The translations under genes and the position numbers were made by a program. The notes beneath the pieces are model-generated. The model was not told the DNA's origin and made no database searches. It saw only the letters and a list, made by a program, of their open reading frames with translations. A stretch of DNA of 64,000 bases from Bugula neritina (taxonomy: Eukaryota; Animalia; Bryozoa): positions 3,194,741 to 3,258,740 of the forward strand of contig OZ037768.1 of assembly GCA_964035545.1 (NCBI GenBank). Reading direction: 5' to 3'. Below are positions 1 through 20,513 of the stretch, piece after piece. Position 1 is the stretch's first letter; the number at the start of each line of letters is the position of its first letter.

Positions 1-460
1 GTGTATAACTATAAGTATAACATTAACTATTACTATAAGATTAAGTATAGCATTAACTATTAGTATTACTTATTTAGTAAATTACTATAACTATAAGTAT
101 TACTATTACTATTAGTATAGCTATACGCCAATTACTTGAAGTTGTACTTGTTAGACTAAGAGTTAGAGTAACTGCAAGACTAAGACTAAGAGTGAGTAAG
201 AGTTAGAGTAAGAGTAACACTAACACTAACAGTAACACTAACAGTAACACTTACTAACACTAACAGTAACAGTAAGTGTAACTGTAAGAGTAAGAGCAAG
301 TGCTCACAGTCACCAAGCTGTATTTGTTAACCAAGTTAAATTTGATGTTTATGTTATCAATAATTTAAATTATAACTTACAGTTGTAACATTAACTTATA
401 AGTTAAAACTTATAGCTATAGGCTTACGTTATAACTTAACTATAGGTCTAACTTTGAAAA
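1..460. repeat. Degenerate 6-bp-periodic AT-rich low-complexity tract
   Basis: Runs such as TATAAC TATAAG TATAAC ATTAAC TATTAC and TAAGAG TTAGAG TAAGAG TAACAC TAACAC TAACAG. Confidence 0.85.
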
Positions 461-565
461 ATAGAAAAAAAATTCAGTTCTGCCTGGACTAGTCTCGTAA
501 GACTGAAAAGGGCTCGAGACGCTGCTAATAATAACCCTCTAAATAAAATATAGCCCTAAACTTAC

Positions 566-592
566 CCCACCACACAGTTTTATCCTTGACAT
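566..592 (-). CDS. Possible first coding exon (MSRIKLCGG) of a divergent gene continuing off the left edge of the window
   Basis: Minus strand has aaATG at 592, nine codons, then a strong GGG|GTAAGT donor at 565. No homology is recognisable from 9 aa. Confidence 0.25.
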
Positions 593-799
593 TTAAAAAA
601 GGTACCATGTTTTTTCCTTTCTTGTACAAGAACGCCACGCAACCATAATATACAAGTACGACGAAATACAATTCACATTCGGTTGACTTTTGCCTGGTTC
701 TAACTGTTTTATTGTATCATTGCATATCATAATGATACTGAAATTTAACTCTCAATTTAATTATAAATGTAATGCTTTGATTTATATTTTATTTCAAGT

Positions 800-1325
800 T
801 TAACATGATCAATGATTATCATTATAATGATTAATAACTATAACTATAAGTATAAGATTAAGTATAAGATTTAGATTAAGTTTAATGATTAAGTTTAAGT
901 TTAATTAAGTAGAAATTGCAATGATAATCATTATCATGAAGATTATTAATGAGATTATTACCAATATTATTATTTTTTAGATTATCATTATCATTATGAT
1001 TATCATTATCATAGACTTAGATTTTATAGTAAGTTAGTAGTAAGACTGACTAAGAGTCTTACACTTACAGTTATTCTAATTCTTAACACCAACACTAACA
1101 CTAACAGTAAGTCTAAGTCTTACCACCATCAGTATAGTAATAATACATCAATTGTGATTATCATTATGATTATTAATGTCATTATATGATTATGACTTCT
1201 AGTTATAGCTATACCTTATAAGATGAATATTAAGTTAGTTATACTTATAGTAATAGTATTACTATTAGTATTAGTGTATTACTTTTGCTATTAGTATAAC
1301 TGTTAGTCTAAATTTCTATAGTCAA
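800..1325. repeat. Degenerate 6-bp-periodic AT-rich low-complexity tract
   Basis: Runs such as TATAAC TATAAG TATAAG ATTAAG, ATTATC ATTATG ATTATC and AACACT AACACT AACAGT AAGTCT AAGTCT. Confidence 0.85.
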
Positions 1326-2045
1326 GCTATCAGGTTTGTTGCTAACCTGAATCTCAAGGCTCATAAGATAAAGATAAAGAAGGTCAGGTATCAGTTAGGC
1401 ATGTACTGAGCTACTGCTTAAAACTTGCAAGCTAAGAAAATACCACCATTTAACTTTTGCTGATGAATATACTCTCGAATTTCATGAATTCAACTACTTA
1501 TGTTGAATGTTCAATAAAATTTAAATTGGTTAATTAACATTCAATCTGCTAGGAAAGGAGAACCACATACATGCAAATATAAATGAGAAATATTCACAAC
1601 ACAAGTATACCCATACTCAGTGAAAGTCTATGACATTGGAAAGTTATCAATAGTCATTAAGTTTTTACTTATTGAGTTATACAATTGCCAAACAAAAATT
1701 TCAGGGTTGTTAAATCTTGTAAATAAATTATTTCAAATATTATTTTTCCTGCAGCCTAAAAAAGGACTACTAAGACCTGTTACAATTTTGTCGAAACATC
1801 TATTACCAACATGCTACATGTGCAATAACTGATCCAATTTTAAATTTTATTTTATAACTATGTGCTGCTGACAAGTAAAATTTTTACTGCCCTCGGCTTC
1901 ATTGAATTACGTGAATATGTCATACTTTTAACGTTTGACCTTAAAACTGTGTATGTGTGAAAAATTGCAAGGATTTGGCCAGTCAGCTTCCACTATCACC
2001 TTCTGTATTTATATAAAAATTGTAGAGCATAGAAATTGCTTAAAC

Positions 2046-6608
<4,563 letters not shown>

Positions 6609-9250
6609 ATACAATGAATGTGAACGTGTTGTGAGACACACAGGAAAATTTCTACTCAAGTTAAATGTTGAGCAACTAGTCATGGAATGGTAGCAGCGAT
6701 CTTCTATCTATGCAACTCATTAAACATGTTCATTTGTTTGAACTACACTTTGTAAATATACGGTTGAGCTGTTTGGAGTTATTTCTTTTTCAGTTTTACT
6801 ACCTAATTACCAAACTATCTTTTCATTGCAAACCCTGTATCCAATTTCCTTTTCAATAATTTTGGATGTTGTATACTTGAAGATTGCACAAGCTTATCAA
6901 CAATTCACAAAAAAATGGCGTTTCTTAGCATTGAATTGTGATTTCATAAAATCTTCTTAAGCTCTTTATTTTTGCTAACTTCTACCTATAGATTAATGCG
7001 TCTAGTATTCAGTATAGTTTAAAGCCCGAGACAAGAACAAATATAAAAATTACTAGTTGTTTAGAAAAGGGAGACAATTCCTGCAGCAGATTAACGTTAA
7101 ATTTAAAAAATTAAACGTTTCTAATGAAAAAGCGGTGTAAGTGGTTGGATGCAAAGTACTATAACTCTAAGTCATTTTATATCTGTGAACCAATTATAAT
7201 TTGTTATAAGGTTTACATATTCATTGATATTCTGAGGTATCTTTAACATGGAAATATTTTAACGTTTGATCTCCTTGACCACCTGTGAAACGTTGAACTC
7301 ATTTAATTGTTGTTAATGATATTTATGAGTGACATGTGATAATTTAAACATCAGAAACTGTAATGCTGGTAATTTTATTTGGGCACTTTTTGAACTTTGT
7401 CTTTTTCTGTTTTCTAATATGTAATATTTTAAGTTATTTTAGCCTATTACTCGTATATTAATATCATATATTGATTATCAAAAGTTGTTTGTTTTCTTGT
7501 TATTTCTTATTTATTATTTTATTATCATCATAAATATATGTTATGGTTATCTATGCTTTTTGTTGCTTTGTTATAAATATTTTCTCTCCCCACAGCAGTT
7601 ATAACATGCATTGTGTTGTGTACATAATAGTGTGGGAATGCAACTCCCATGTCCCACAAACCTCGGTATAACAATATTATTATTATGCTTATTACCAACC
7701 AATATAATATTATTATCTCAAAATTGCCAGGCCCTGCTATGGTGCCCATAAATTGTCCTCGGTTAAAGAGAAGATAAATCCCTGTCTAGATATGTATTGT
7801 ATATAAAAGATTTATGTCAAAGCACTACTCCTATTTAATGTATTATTGGTCAAGTATGAATTAAAATACTCGTCATTTAAACAACGAAGTCCAATTCTAA
7901 TATACTACACATGTTGCACTTTATTCATTATTTGTATTTTAGTCTACTGTATGGTATACATATAATTTTATGACAACATTAATGAATATTTAATGGTATT
8001 GAAATGGTTTCCAATAGGAAGGCAACTTCTAAAACAAATATTACATTGAATCAGTTATGTAATCCGTGTCTTTATTGATTATCTGCTCCTTCCTTTATAT
8101 CCAACCACTATTATTAATAGCCAATGTTGTTTTAGCCAAGTCATACTTTATGTGCACAAAACAATAATGCAGGCAACTTTTGGCAATGACTTTGACAATT
8201 ATATGTGCTAGAACAATAAAACAGCATTTGGCCCTATTATGTTGGTATAAACATTTCAATTAAATAAACGTTAGCTTTTAATTTCTTTTAAATAACAGAT
8301 AATAGACATACAAGACAAATAATGAATGAGCTACACACAGCATTGGAGAATGTTCAATAAGTAATATACAATTTTAACAAGTGATTAAACAGTTTACAGT
8401 ATTTACTTAAGCATGAGATGAAAAGCACTGCTAACAAAACATAAGATAATGAATTTCAGTTGCAACCCACATATTTTAGCTCAACTAACAATATAAAAAT
8501 AACCTCTATATATAATCTTTAGGACGGAAATTTGGAGTTGCAGCTACGCATATTATACAGAAAACCACAAACTGGAATAAAACATTTAGTATTTGGCACA
8601 AATATTGTAAAACAAAACTTTATGGCATATGTACCAACAAGAATAGTTAATAGTAAATTATAAAAGTAATATTTAACTTGGCCAAACATTGAGCAAATTT
8701 TCAGAGAAAATAAGTATTGGCTCAGAACTAGCTATAATAAGTTTTCCACAACCTAACATATAGACCACATAAGGAAAATTGCACAAAACTTCCGGGTAAT
8801 AAAAAACCAACATAAAATGTTACATGTTGTATACATTAGAACCACAGACAGATTTGTATTTAAAAAAATATTCTTATGAGCTATTGGCTACTGAAATGGT
8901 CAAATGGTATCCAATCAGGACAATCTTAGCATAAATTAGAAGAAAATGATCTATCTAAAGTAAAAAGCATTACCAATACATACCATCACTAACTCTGTGA
9001 GATAGTCAATATATGTATACTAGGTACTAACTAACACTAAATCTAATGCACTGTCAATATATATAATTATACTAGGAGTTGTTACAAGTCATCAAATAAA
9101 ATGCACAGTTTTGTATCATACACACTGCCATATATATAGTAACCCAAAATAGTAGATAACAAAACACATTCTGGCCAAATAATTGTTGTTGCCTACTCTA
9201 TACATAAAATTTCCATAAGAGTACCTTTTCTTTTAGTAGTAGAATGATAC

Positions 9251-12200
9251 TCAACTCGATTCACCATTATTCATATTTCGATGTATTTGTTGTTGAATTT
9301 CACTTCTTCTGCGGGCTCGTAATAGCACGCCCGACCTCACTGGAAGGGATGATGTTGAGCCTCCCCCGTTGTCACTCAATCGTCTGTTTGATGTGACTCT
9401 TGATGATTGGCCGACTGCTGGGCTCTCTGATGGAGGACCAGGCTGTCTGTTGGTAGAATTTTCTTGCGCAGTTGGCTCTTGATTTTCACCACTAGGTGGC
9501 GCTGCTCTAGCATTATTAGACTGAGATGGTGCGATAACTCTTCTACGTCTGCGCGTTGTATTCACAGCGCGTCCTGGGCCAGAGGGTGGGGCTGGTCGAT
9601 GGTGAGGAGCGGCCAAGTTGCCTGCCTGTGCAGAAGTCGAAATGCTCGAACTAGATGTGCCTGCCAAAGGTGCTGGCTGCAAGACATACAATAAATGACT
9701 TTAAACATGAGGAAAAGTCATTACATTATAAAATTTAGAAACTATAAAATTCAAACATATGCATTATAGTGAGTGTAAGTCTTTCAAATTTAGTTTTCAT
9801 AATACTTACCAATGAGCTAGCTATATAAAAATATAGTAAGTTTGGGTAGAAGTTTTATATTTATTTGCTATATCACGTACCACTGAGCTGGTGGGCGAAG
9901 TACCTCTCCTATTTGTCGCTTCAACCAGAGGAGGAAGTGGTTCCATAGCTGATCTAAAGGTAGAACTTGCGCGTGGCAAAACAGTACTTGTTTCATTCTG
10001 TTCTGTGATTGGTTGATTTTGTGTGGTTGGTCCTAAAGTAAGATTTGTTGAACTGGTATTGGCCAGTACATTATTGTTAGCAGTTTGATCTCTAGAGAGA
10101 CTGGCTGTTAGCTGATTATTGTTAGCAGTTTGATCTCTAGAAAGACTGGCTGTTAGTTGATTATTGTTAGCAGCATGATCTCTAGAGCGACTGGCTGTTA
10201 ACTGATTAGTGCTAGCAGCTTGATCTCTAGAAAGGCTGGCTGTTAGTTGATTAGATGCTGTACTCCTCGGTTGATCAGTTGGCAGTCTTTCAACACTGAT
10301 TCTGTCAGCTAATCGTCTCTCACTTCCTGTGTTTGTTTGACCATTTGCTCCCAATTGGCTGGAGGTTGTAGAAGATTGATCAGTAGCTCTGGTAGACAGA
10401 GTGGCTGGCTGGTAACGAGTTCTTTCTAATGGAGTCCTCGTTACATTAGAAGTCATGGCACCTCTGTTACCAGATATCCTCACAGTTGAGTTGGTGGTTC
10501 TGCTAGGTTGGGCATCTTCAGATGAATCGGAGTCATCGGCGCTGCCATCATCAGTAGGGTCAGCAGCACCGAGTGCATTTCTCCTGAGAAATTATGTCAA
10601 ACACTAACAGCATATCAGATGTGTGTAGACAACTTTTAACATAATGCTGGCACTATCAATGTTCACTCCCTAGATACAAAATCATTACCAACTTTTGCTG
10701 AAACTAATGTAAGGTATTTATAGACACATTATATTGAAATATTGCTATAAATATAGCTACTATTAATTTTTTTAAAGCAAGCTCCTATAAAAAGGTTGCG
10801 TTGTTTACTCAGCTACTAGTCTAGAAACCCACAATTGTTATAAGCAGACAATATCCAAAGAAAGTAAGAATAACAATAATAACCACCTGCATATCCACTT
10901 TATTTTCCATATTCGTTCCCAAACCCCTCCCCCCACCCTCAAGTTATCAACTGCAGAGCTTTATAAAAACTCACATGTGTCTGTTGGGCTGGTTAGGCGT
11001 TATACTGAAGAGTATGTTTAGAAAGCCAGTAATTTCTTGCATTTGTTCCTGAATAGCCAGAATCTCACTAACATGCCGGTCTCTCTCTTGTCTATTGACT
11101 GGAGAGGAGTTTGATGTGGAAGCAAACCTGTCCAGAGCGCGACGTCTGAGCTCCATTTCCAGGTGTAGAACCAGCATCATGTCCTGGAGAAGAGTTCTAC
11201 CCTGTATAACACAGCAAAGTAACATGATTAGACAAGGCACAAATAGTCATTAGGCTTATTTATATACACGGAAGCAGATTATAAAACTAAACGTATTTAA
11301 TGTGTAGTGCATTTCTAGTGTAGCCAGTTTACATACTTTAGGTGTGTATACTCTTGAAAAATTATGCATAAAATTTCTGTATTCAAATATTACTGATAGT
11401 ATTTCCTAGTCTATCACGTACAGAAGTTGTGATTGCAACGCTTTAGAAGACAATAAGACGAATAGTTTACAAAATCTAAAAAGTAAAAGTGAAAAGCAGA
11501 TGTTGACCTTGACATTGAAACAACATTGAAGTAAGCAGTGTGAAGACAATGAGTTAAAACTCTTTCAAAGAAATAAGAAAATTCAAAGCACTATTTTTTC
11601 AAGTTGGAATTATTTCAAGATATAGTTCACTTTTTCATTAAGAGATAAGAGACAATAAGCCAATTGCTTTTCTGATAAGTTTTAAACTAAATACTTTAAA
11701 CTAAATCAAATTTGGAAAAAAATCTAAATGACAATTTTTTTATCTTATGCATAACCTATGATCAAGCTAAAAAGAAGGTAGAAATTATTGATTAATTTAT
11801 TGTGAATTATAGCTAAGACAAATAATCTATGTAACAACCACCATACCCTTCCTTCAATTTGCATGCTGATTCTCTCAGCATTTAACTATAAATAACAAAA
11901 ACATATCTACTAAAACCTCCTTTCAAACTATGATTTACAGCTTTTCAACATTAAGTTGCTGCAAGGTAAATACAAACATTATCACACTCTACACTTGAAT
12001 GTTAGATGATTAGAAAGTACTGAGGGGAAAGTAGAGTGAAATGCTTGTTTGACATTTTTTAGTAAATATTTTTCTAAATAATTAGTCAGTATAAAAATCT
12101 GTGTCAAATTTCTTGACATCTTACACCAGTCCGTCTGCTGTTTTCTCCCCTGTGAGACTCAAATTACAAATACTGAAAATTTCAAAAAAATGATAACAGT

Positions 12201-13225
12201 TTTAAGTAATGTAAACGGGTAGCTTTCTTATTGAATACCTCTCTGATAGATCCTTGAGCAGTTTGCCGACCTTGACCCTGATCTGGCAGAACACTAGGCA
12301 GTAAAACAAAGCCAGTGCCGCCCACAAATGAGTTTACAGGAGCCGGTCTTCTGGTCAACTTGGCTCTCTCTAAAGCCGTCACACTGCTGGACTCGTACAG
12401 CTTCATGCCGTGACTGTGTCGAAGGAAGTCTTGCAGAGTACAGCGCAATGCGCAGCCAGCCTCGGGGCACTTGACCCAGCAGTTCAAAATCTCTTGGTTA
12501 TACTTGTCATCATCACTATATTCAGTCTGCTTAGATCTGCATACAGGGCACTTGTCACTGTTGGCACCATATGTCATAGACCAAGCAAACACACAGGTAG
12601 CACAGAACCTGTGCTTGTTGTCACATTGCTTGACATCTCTCAATACCGAGTAACTAAAAGTTATATAAGATATATATTGTGTAACTATAAGAAGTTCAAT
12701 AAAATGTACTTATAGGCTTTCTAAATTCTTTAATGACAAAGAATTATTAAAGACTGATTAATTGATTTATTACATATATGGTGTCAACACACAGTTAACA
12801 AAGCAAGCAGTTGCTCTGGTTAAAATATACTACAATTTAAATACAGCAGCACAACTTTTTCATCAAATAATTGGCAACAAAAATTTTCAACATTGTAAAA
12901 AATATGAAATTCTTAAGATGTAGTTTAGCAGTAAGTATGCTTTTCATCATTACTACTATTTTCACGTCTGAAAAATATTTGCAATAACTTTAAGCCTTCA
13001 AGTTACACCTAATATCACAGTGTACTTAAAAGAATTGCTTAACTAAGCTTAATATTGGATAAATATTGATTATTCAAACCAAATATTGCATTGCCACTTT
13101 TCTCTATCCTTCTCAGCCAAGTTTATAAATAAATTATCTGGATAACCGCCAACTTTGATGCCTTGAGGTTTTAGGATGGTGTCCACAACATTTTGAAAAG
13201 ACAATTCTTGTACACTCTCAGCCAT
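9251..13225 (-). CDS. C3HC4 RING finger protein with an adjacent TRAF/SIAH-type zinc finger (RNF151/RNF41/TRAF-like N-terminus) and a long low-complexity C-terminus; probable E3 ubiquitin ligase; 5 coding exons
   Basis: Exons 13225-13080, 12653-12239, 11201-10975, 10583-9881, 9676-9251 with consistent phases. The spliced N-terminus reads GGYPDNLF...WQCNIC|YSVLRDVKQCDNKHRFCATC...KCPVCR, followed by VKCPEAGC...FLRHSH. Confidence 0.8.
10070..10255 (-). repeat. Coding 45-bp tandem repeat (NQLTASLSRDQTANN) x4
   Basis: Visible in DNA and in the ORF 9821..10483 translation. Confidence 0.9.
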
Positions 13226-14027
13226 TTTCAAAGAATTGCTGTTATTTCAAGCCCTAAAATATTGCAACACAGACACTTTATTAATTTAAAAGTAGTTGAA
13301 TACGATATAAATATATTATATATGTGATATGTAAATGTTTGATTGGTCTGCAGTTGGAAAAAAATATAATGTAGATTGAATAATAGAATTTTTTCTAAAA
13401 CATATTTATTAATTTGGAAGATAAATTTATGATCGTGATTATATTCATTGGGATTGAGTCAAACTGCACGTGCATACCACTAGGCCTACTCAATTGGAAA
13501 AATATCAAAATATTTAAAAATACAAAATAAGTTTTTGCAACAGACATATTATTAACATTAGCTACTCCAATAATTATCAGCTTATCACTCTAACCTTTAG
13601 AGTAGTCAGCGTGTTGAAAATAAATACAATAATAATTAGAAGTAGTACTAATTTGGTAAAGTTGTTGTAAATAATTATAATATTTAACGTTTTATTTTGG
13701 GCTACAGACAAAAAATTAACATTAGATTTGCCAATTAATAAATACTAACCTTTATTTTACTCTTAAACTTAGTCTCACTTTAACATTTATTTTATTGTTG
13801 ATACTTCAAAGCTCAAAGTTAATGGTAAAACTAAATCAAAGTGATTTTTCGATCAAATTATCATAATAATAGCCAAAGATCGTCATTTTATAGTGTCACA
13901 CAGGAGTGAAATAGATCAAACCACTAAAGATAAAAACCTTTATTATGCAACCTCAATACAATTCTTTTCCCCAGCCATTAAAGTTAGGATGTTATTAAAA
14001 TATCCATAAGCAATGTTGCAGCATACT

Positions 14028-14039
14028 GCCGCCATGTTG
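14028..14039. promoter_or_regulatory. YY1-type motif GCCGCCATGTTG in the divergent RING/POLR3G promoter region
   Basis: Matches the YY1 consensus GCCGCCATNTTG; isolated GC-rich word in AT-rich DNA between two head-to-head genes. Confidence 0.55.
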
Positions 14040-14404
14040 TTGATATTATATAACCTTAGTTCATTTCCTGCTTCGCAACACGCAATGGTGTCTTTACTTT
14101 ACATTTAATTGTTGAAATATTTATTCACGAAGAACAATCATTATTTTTATTAGAGATCAATTGATAAAATGATAGTAGCGAGAAATGTATTTTTTGCTAA
14201 ATTTTCACGAGTCAAGTTTCATATGTTATAAAGTAAAAAAATGAAAGCCTCATTTAGTCATTTGTTTGCTCTACCTAAAAGTAAATCCATAATTTTTTTG
14301 TTCATTGTTAAATCATTGTACCAAGTAACGTTTCGTTTATAATTTCAATAAAAGCTAGATATGCAAATTAAAACACTACAGTAATAAGTGGTTTTAGTTT
14401 TAAT

Positions 14405-14770
14405 TACAAACCAAAGGTAGCTGCCAAAGTAAAACTAAAAAGCAAACTCAAAGTCAAACAAAAAATAAAATTAGTATTACTATAGTATGAGTGTCAGTAT
14501 ATCAATATGATAATAGTACATCAATATGAATATTGAATATTAATATGAATATGATTATCATTATGGTCAAAAATAATTTGTGTTTTGATAAAAATAATAA
14601 TGATAGGCTAGTTGTAATACTCTCAGTCTATAAGTATATTCTTATTATTTTGTTAAGATCTGAAGTTGACTTCTGGACTAAATATTTAGAATTAATTATA
14701 GTATTAATTTTCAATCAATTTGAAATTGTTAGTGTTTTTGGAATGTAGATTAGAGTTGAATAAAATTAAA
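14405..14770. repeat. Degenerate 6-bp-periodic AT-rich tract (a weaker partner tract lies at about 13750-13860)
   Basis: AGTAAA ACTAAA AAGCAA ACTCAA AGTCAA ... ATTAGT ATTACT ... AATATG AATATG ATTATC ATTATG. Confidence 0.65.
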
Positions 14771-15208
14771 TGTAATAAAAAGTAATACATTTTTGTTAAT
14801 TTTTTTAGAACCAGATACATTCTGTTACTTTAAAATGGCTACGCTTTTATTTATATTTTTTATATCATAGTCATAATACTATCACAATTTCTTGTGAGAC
14901 TGTAAAATGTATAAATAATAAACATGTGTTGTCATGAAAAATCATCCATCTACATGATTAAATTATATCATGTACATGCATAACACAAATAGTAATACAT
15001 TATGTTTAATACAATTTACTAGCATATGGCTAATTATTACCACAAAGCACTACAATAATAAACATGATACCTAAATGTTCTTCAAATTTAAAATCAAAAT
15101 TTGATTTTTTGCTGCAATTTGTCGTTTAAAAATAAATAGTTGTACGGGTACCTACAAACTTATACAATATATTGATATTTTATTTTTTTCTAGTAGCATC
15201 TTTATAGA

Positions 15209-16733
15209 ATGGGTGGGCGAGGGCGAGGAAGAGGGCGTGGCGGCTCTATTCCTATGAGCATCGAAGCTCTTGGATTTGGGAGAAAAACGGAGTTACCAGA
15301 AGCCACTTTCCAACCACCTCCCACTTTTCCCGTGAGTACAAGTTTGTTTCTCTCTTTAGAATTCTCAACACTTATATTATATCTAGTAAATGATGTTTTT
15401 TCCAAATAGGAAAAAGTCATGTTTTCAGTTGATTAAGTCTGTTAAAAATTTAGTGTAAATTAGTATATTATATGTTGTTGTAGAAATTAGAGACGCAGCC
15501 ATTGCCATTAGAGCAAAGTGAGAAGTACAATTACCTCGTAGATCTGAAGAGATATTTTAAAACCTTTATGGAAGACTCTCCATATTATGTGAAGCAGGTG
15601 GAGGCCAAGAAGGACATTGCCAGATACTCTGACAAGTACAGGGCAGCCGGGGCCAGCTCGTCTGTCGAAGGCGTGATCTGTAAGTCATCAAGCGATGAGT
15701 GATGTAAACTATAAAATGTTGTGTTTCGTCAGACTAAAACTATTCATTAGTTGAATATAATCTCTTTTAGTGTACTCTCGTCTGCCTGATGAACTGAAAC
15801 CTGGCTCGGGGAAACTAAAAAAGAAAAAGAAGGCTGACATGTCTAAATTAGCTATTCAAAATACTATGCAAGCTTTAGAGAAGGAGGAGGTAAATCCTAA
15901 TTCTGATTTGATAACTATATAATGTTGGAGGACAAACTTTTAATGAACTGATTTTTGTAGATAGAGATATTTAATTAATAAAACACGTATTTAATTAATA
16001 GGACTAGCCTTTTTGGCTTCCCTAGATAGCAGAAGCACACTTTTTGTTTAACTCCACTAGATGTCCTTCGTAATACTCGTACTTAATCAGGAATTTAGGA
16101 AGGCAACTGCTGTTACTCCTTCTGATCAAGTGTTTTATGCAAAGTTTATAGACTGTTACACTCCTTTAGTACAAGAGTTTCTGTTAATATTGTGGCCATA
16201 GACTTCTATCAAGTACATTAGCTGTTACCACTCTTTGGTGTACTCAATAGAATAGTAAGCACAAAACTGACTCAGGAGATGAAGCCGCCAAATCAGATGC
16301 TGAGAAATCTGACGATGATGCCGAACAGGAAGTAGAAGAGGAACTCGATGAAGAGGAAATGGAGGAGGTTCGTATTGCACTATTGGAGCTGAATATTCAA
16401 CCGTCACTTTATGTCTGTCAATGTTAATATTAATTACCAATAATTACAACTTTCATATGAGACACAATGTCTGATTATGTGTGGAAGTGCCAAGTTTTTT
16501 TTTGGGGATGGGGTTAATAATAATAGTTTGGAGTTTGAAGCACAAAGCTTTATCTTTGGGCAGGCAATTTCTAAGTTGAACTAGGAATGCAAATCGATGG
16601 CTAGCTGTTCTTTTTATTTCTATTGAAGATAGAATATATATTTTAGGAGAATGATTATATCCATGAATATTTTGACAATGGAGAGGCATTTGGAGATGAT
16701 GATGGTGATGGTGACGATGGCCCCGTGTACTGA
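15209..16733 (+). CDS. POLR3G: DNA-directed RNA polymerase III subunit RPC7 (POLR3G/POLR3GL family, Rpc31); 5 coding exons
   Basis: Exons 15209-15331, 15484-15679, 15771-15889, 16251-16367, 16647-16733. Family motifs MGGRGRGRGR, IEALGFG, QPPPTFP, SPYY, DIARYSDKY, SRLPDEL and the acidic tail ENDYIHEYFDNGE...Y*. Confidence 0.93.
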
Positions 16734-17294
16734 GAGGGAAGATGAAGCACGTGATGGTATTATATGGCCTCAGTTCCCAGTTCACCCACCGCTGATGGTT
16801 CGAGGAGCTTTGCAGAGCTCCTGCCGAGAATGTAACGTCTGTTGATGTAGTCTCTATGCCATACCTACCCTGAATCTGGGATGGTCAGCCAAATTTTATG
16901 CTCTAACTACCAATATTATGAAACCTCCTTTAGTACAATTTATTTTCATTGAAAAAAATAGTATATATATATATATAAATATAACATGAATATGTTCCTC
17001 AACTTCATTCTATTCAGTACCTCTGTTGAAAAAACTAAAAATTTTACTTCATGATAACTTATTATAACTTAGTTTTACATTATGTTATTTATAATTTAAC
17101 TTGTGTTTTTAGAAACACACAAACAAAAGTTATTTATCCTTACATCACTGACAAAGTTTTATACAACTCTCAGCTTTCGGCAGCATATTTGTCACCTAGT
17201 GGCAGCATTATATTGTCGTCCATCTTGCCACATTTAAAGCCTATTCAAACTAGTTAGTCATGCTAATTTACAAGGGAACTTAGTGATATCAACT

Positions 17295-20085
<2,791 letters not shown>

Positions 20086-20185
20086 TTTGGAATATTTGTA
20101 GTGTTAAAACTTGTAAAATTTAATTAAAATTCTTACTCCAACTTTTTTACGTACACGGTGATAGGTGCTGTAATTCTGTTGTTGC

Positions 20186-20199
20186 GTTGCTAAGGAAGC
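20186..20199. promoter_or_regulatory. Putative RFX X-box (GTTGCTAAGGAAGC) about 100 bp upstream of the RIBC start codon; CCAAT box at 20207
   Basis: Strong GTTGCT half site with near-palindromic 14-bp X-box geometry, upstream of a ciliary gene. Confidence 0.55.
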
Positions 20200-20513
20200 G
20201 CGTAATCCAATCGGCACTCCATATTCAATGTCGGTTTTTACTCGTTTCCGTCCACAATTTGCTTGTAGACTTGCTTAGACTATGCAACGCAAATGATGTT
20301 TTATAAGCAGTATAATTTAAAAAAAGACAACTCTAATGTAAACAGCGCGCTGTTGAAATAAGATAATAATATATTATTATAGCTACTGAACTGAAACTAT
20401 AGGTTATAATCACTGAGCTGGAATATTTTTGAGTTCGATGGTTATAGTTCAATGATTATAGCCTATTACTGTCGTATCTTAGGCTATCCTAAAGTCAGAT
20501 CTGCAAATAGTTC

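Noticed and set aside
150-300. Interstitial telomeric repeat
   Set aside because: No run of TTAGGG or TTAGG; G-type and C-type hexamers are intermixed on one strand, and the same phasing recurs at other promoters
20228-20278. ATG-initiated peptide MSVFTRFRPQFACRLA* as an alternative mitochondrial-targeting first exon for GPT
   Set aside because: The phase would fit the acceptor at 23608 only through a very poor donor (T|GTAGAC); otherwise it ends in TAG. Not supportable without transcripts.
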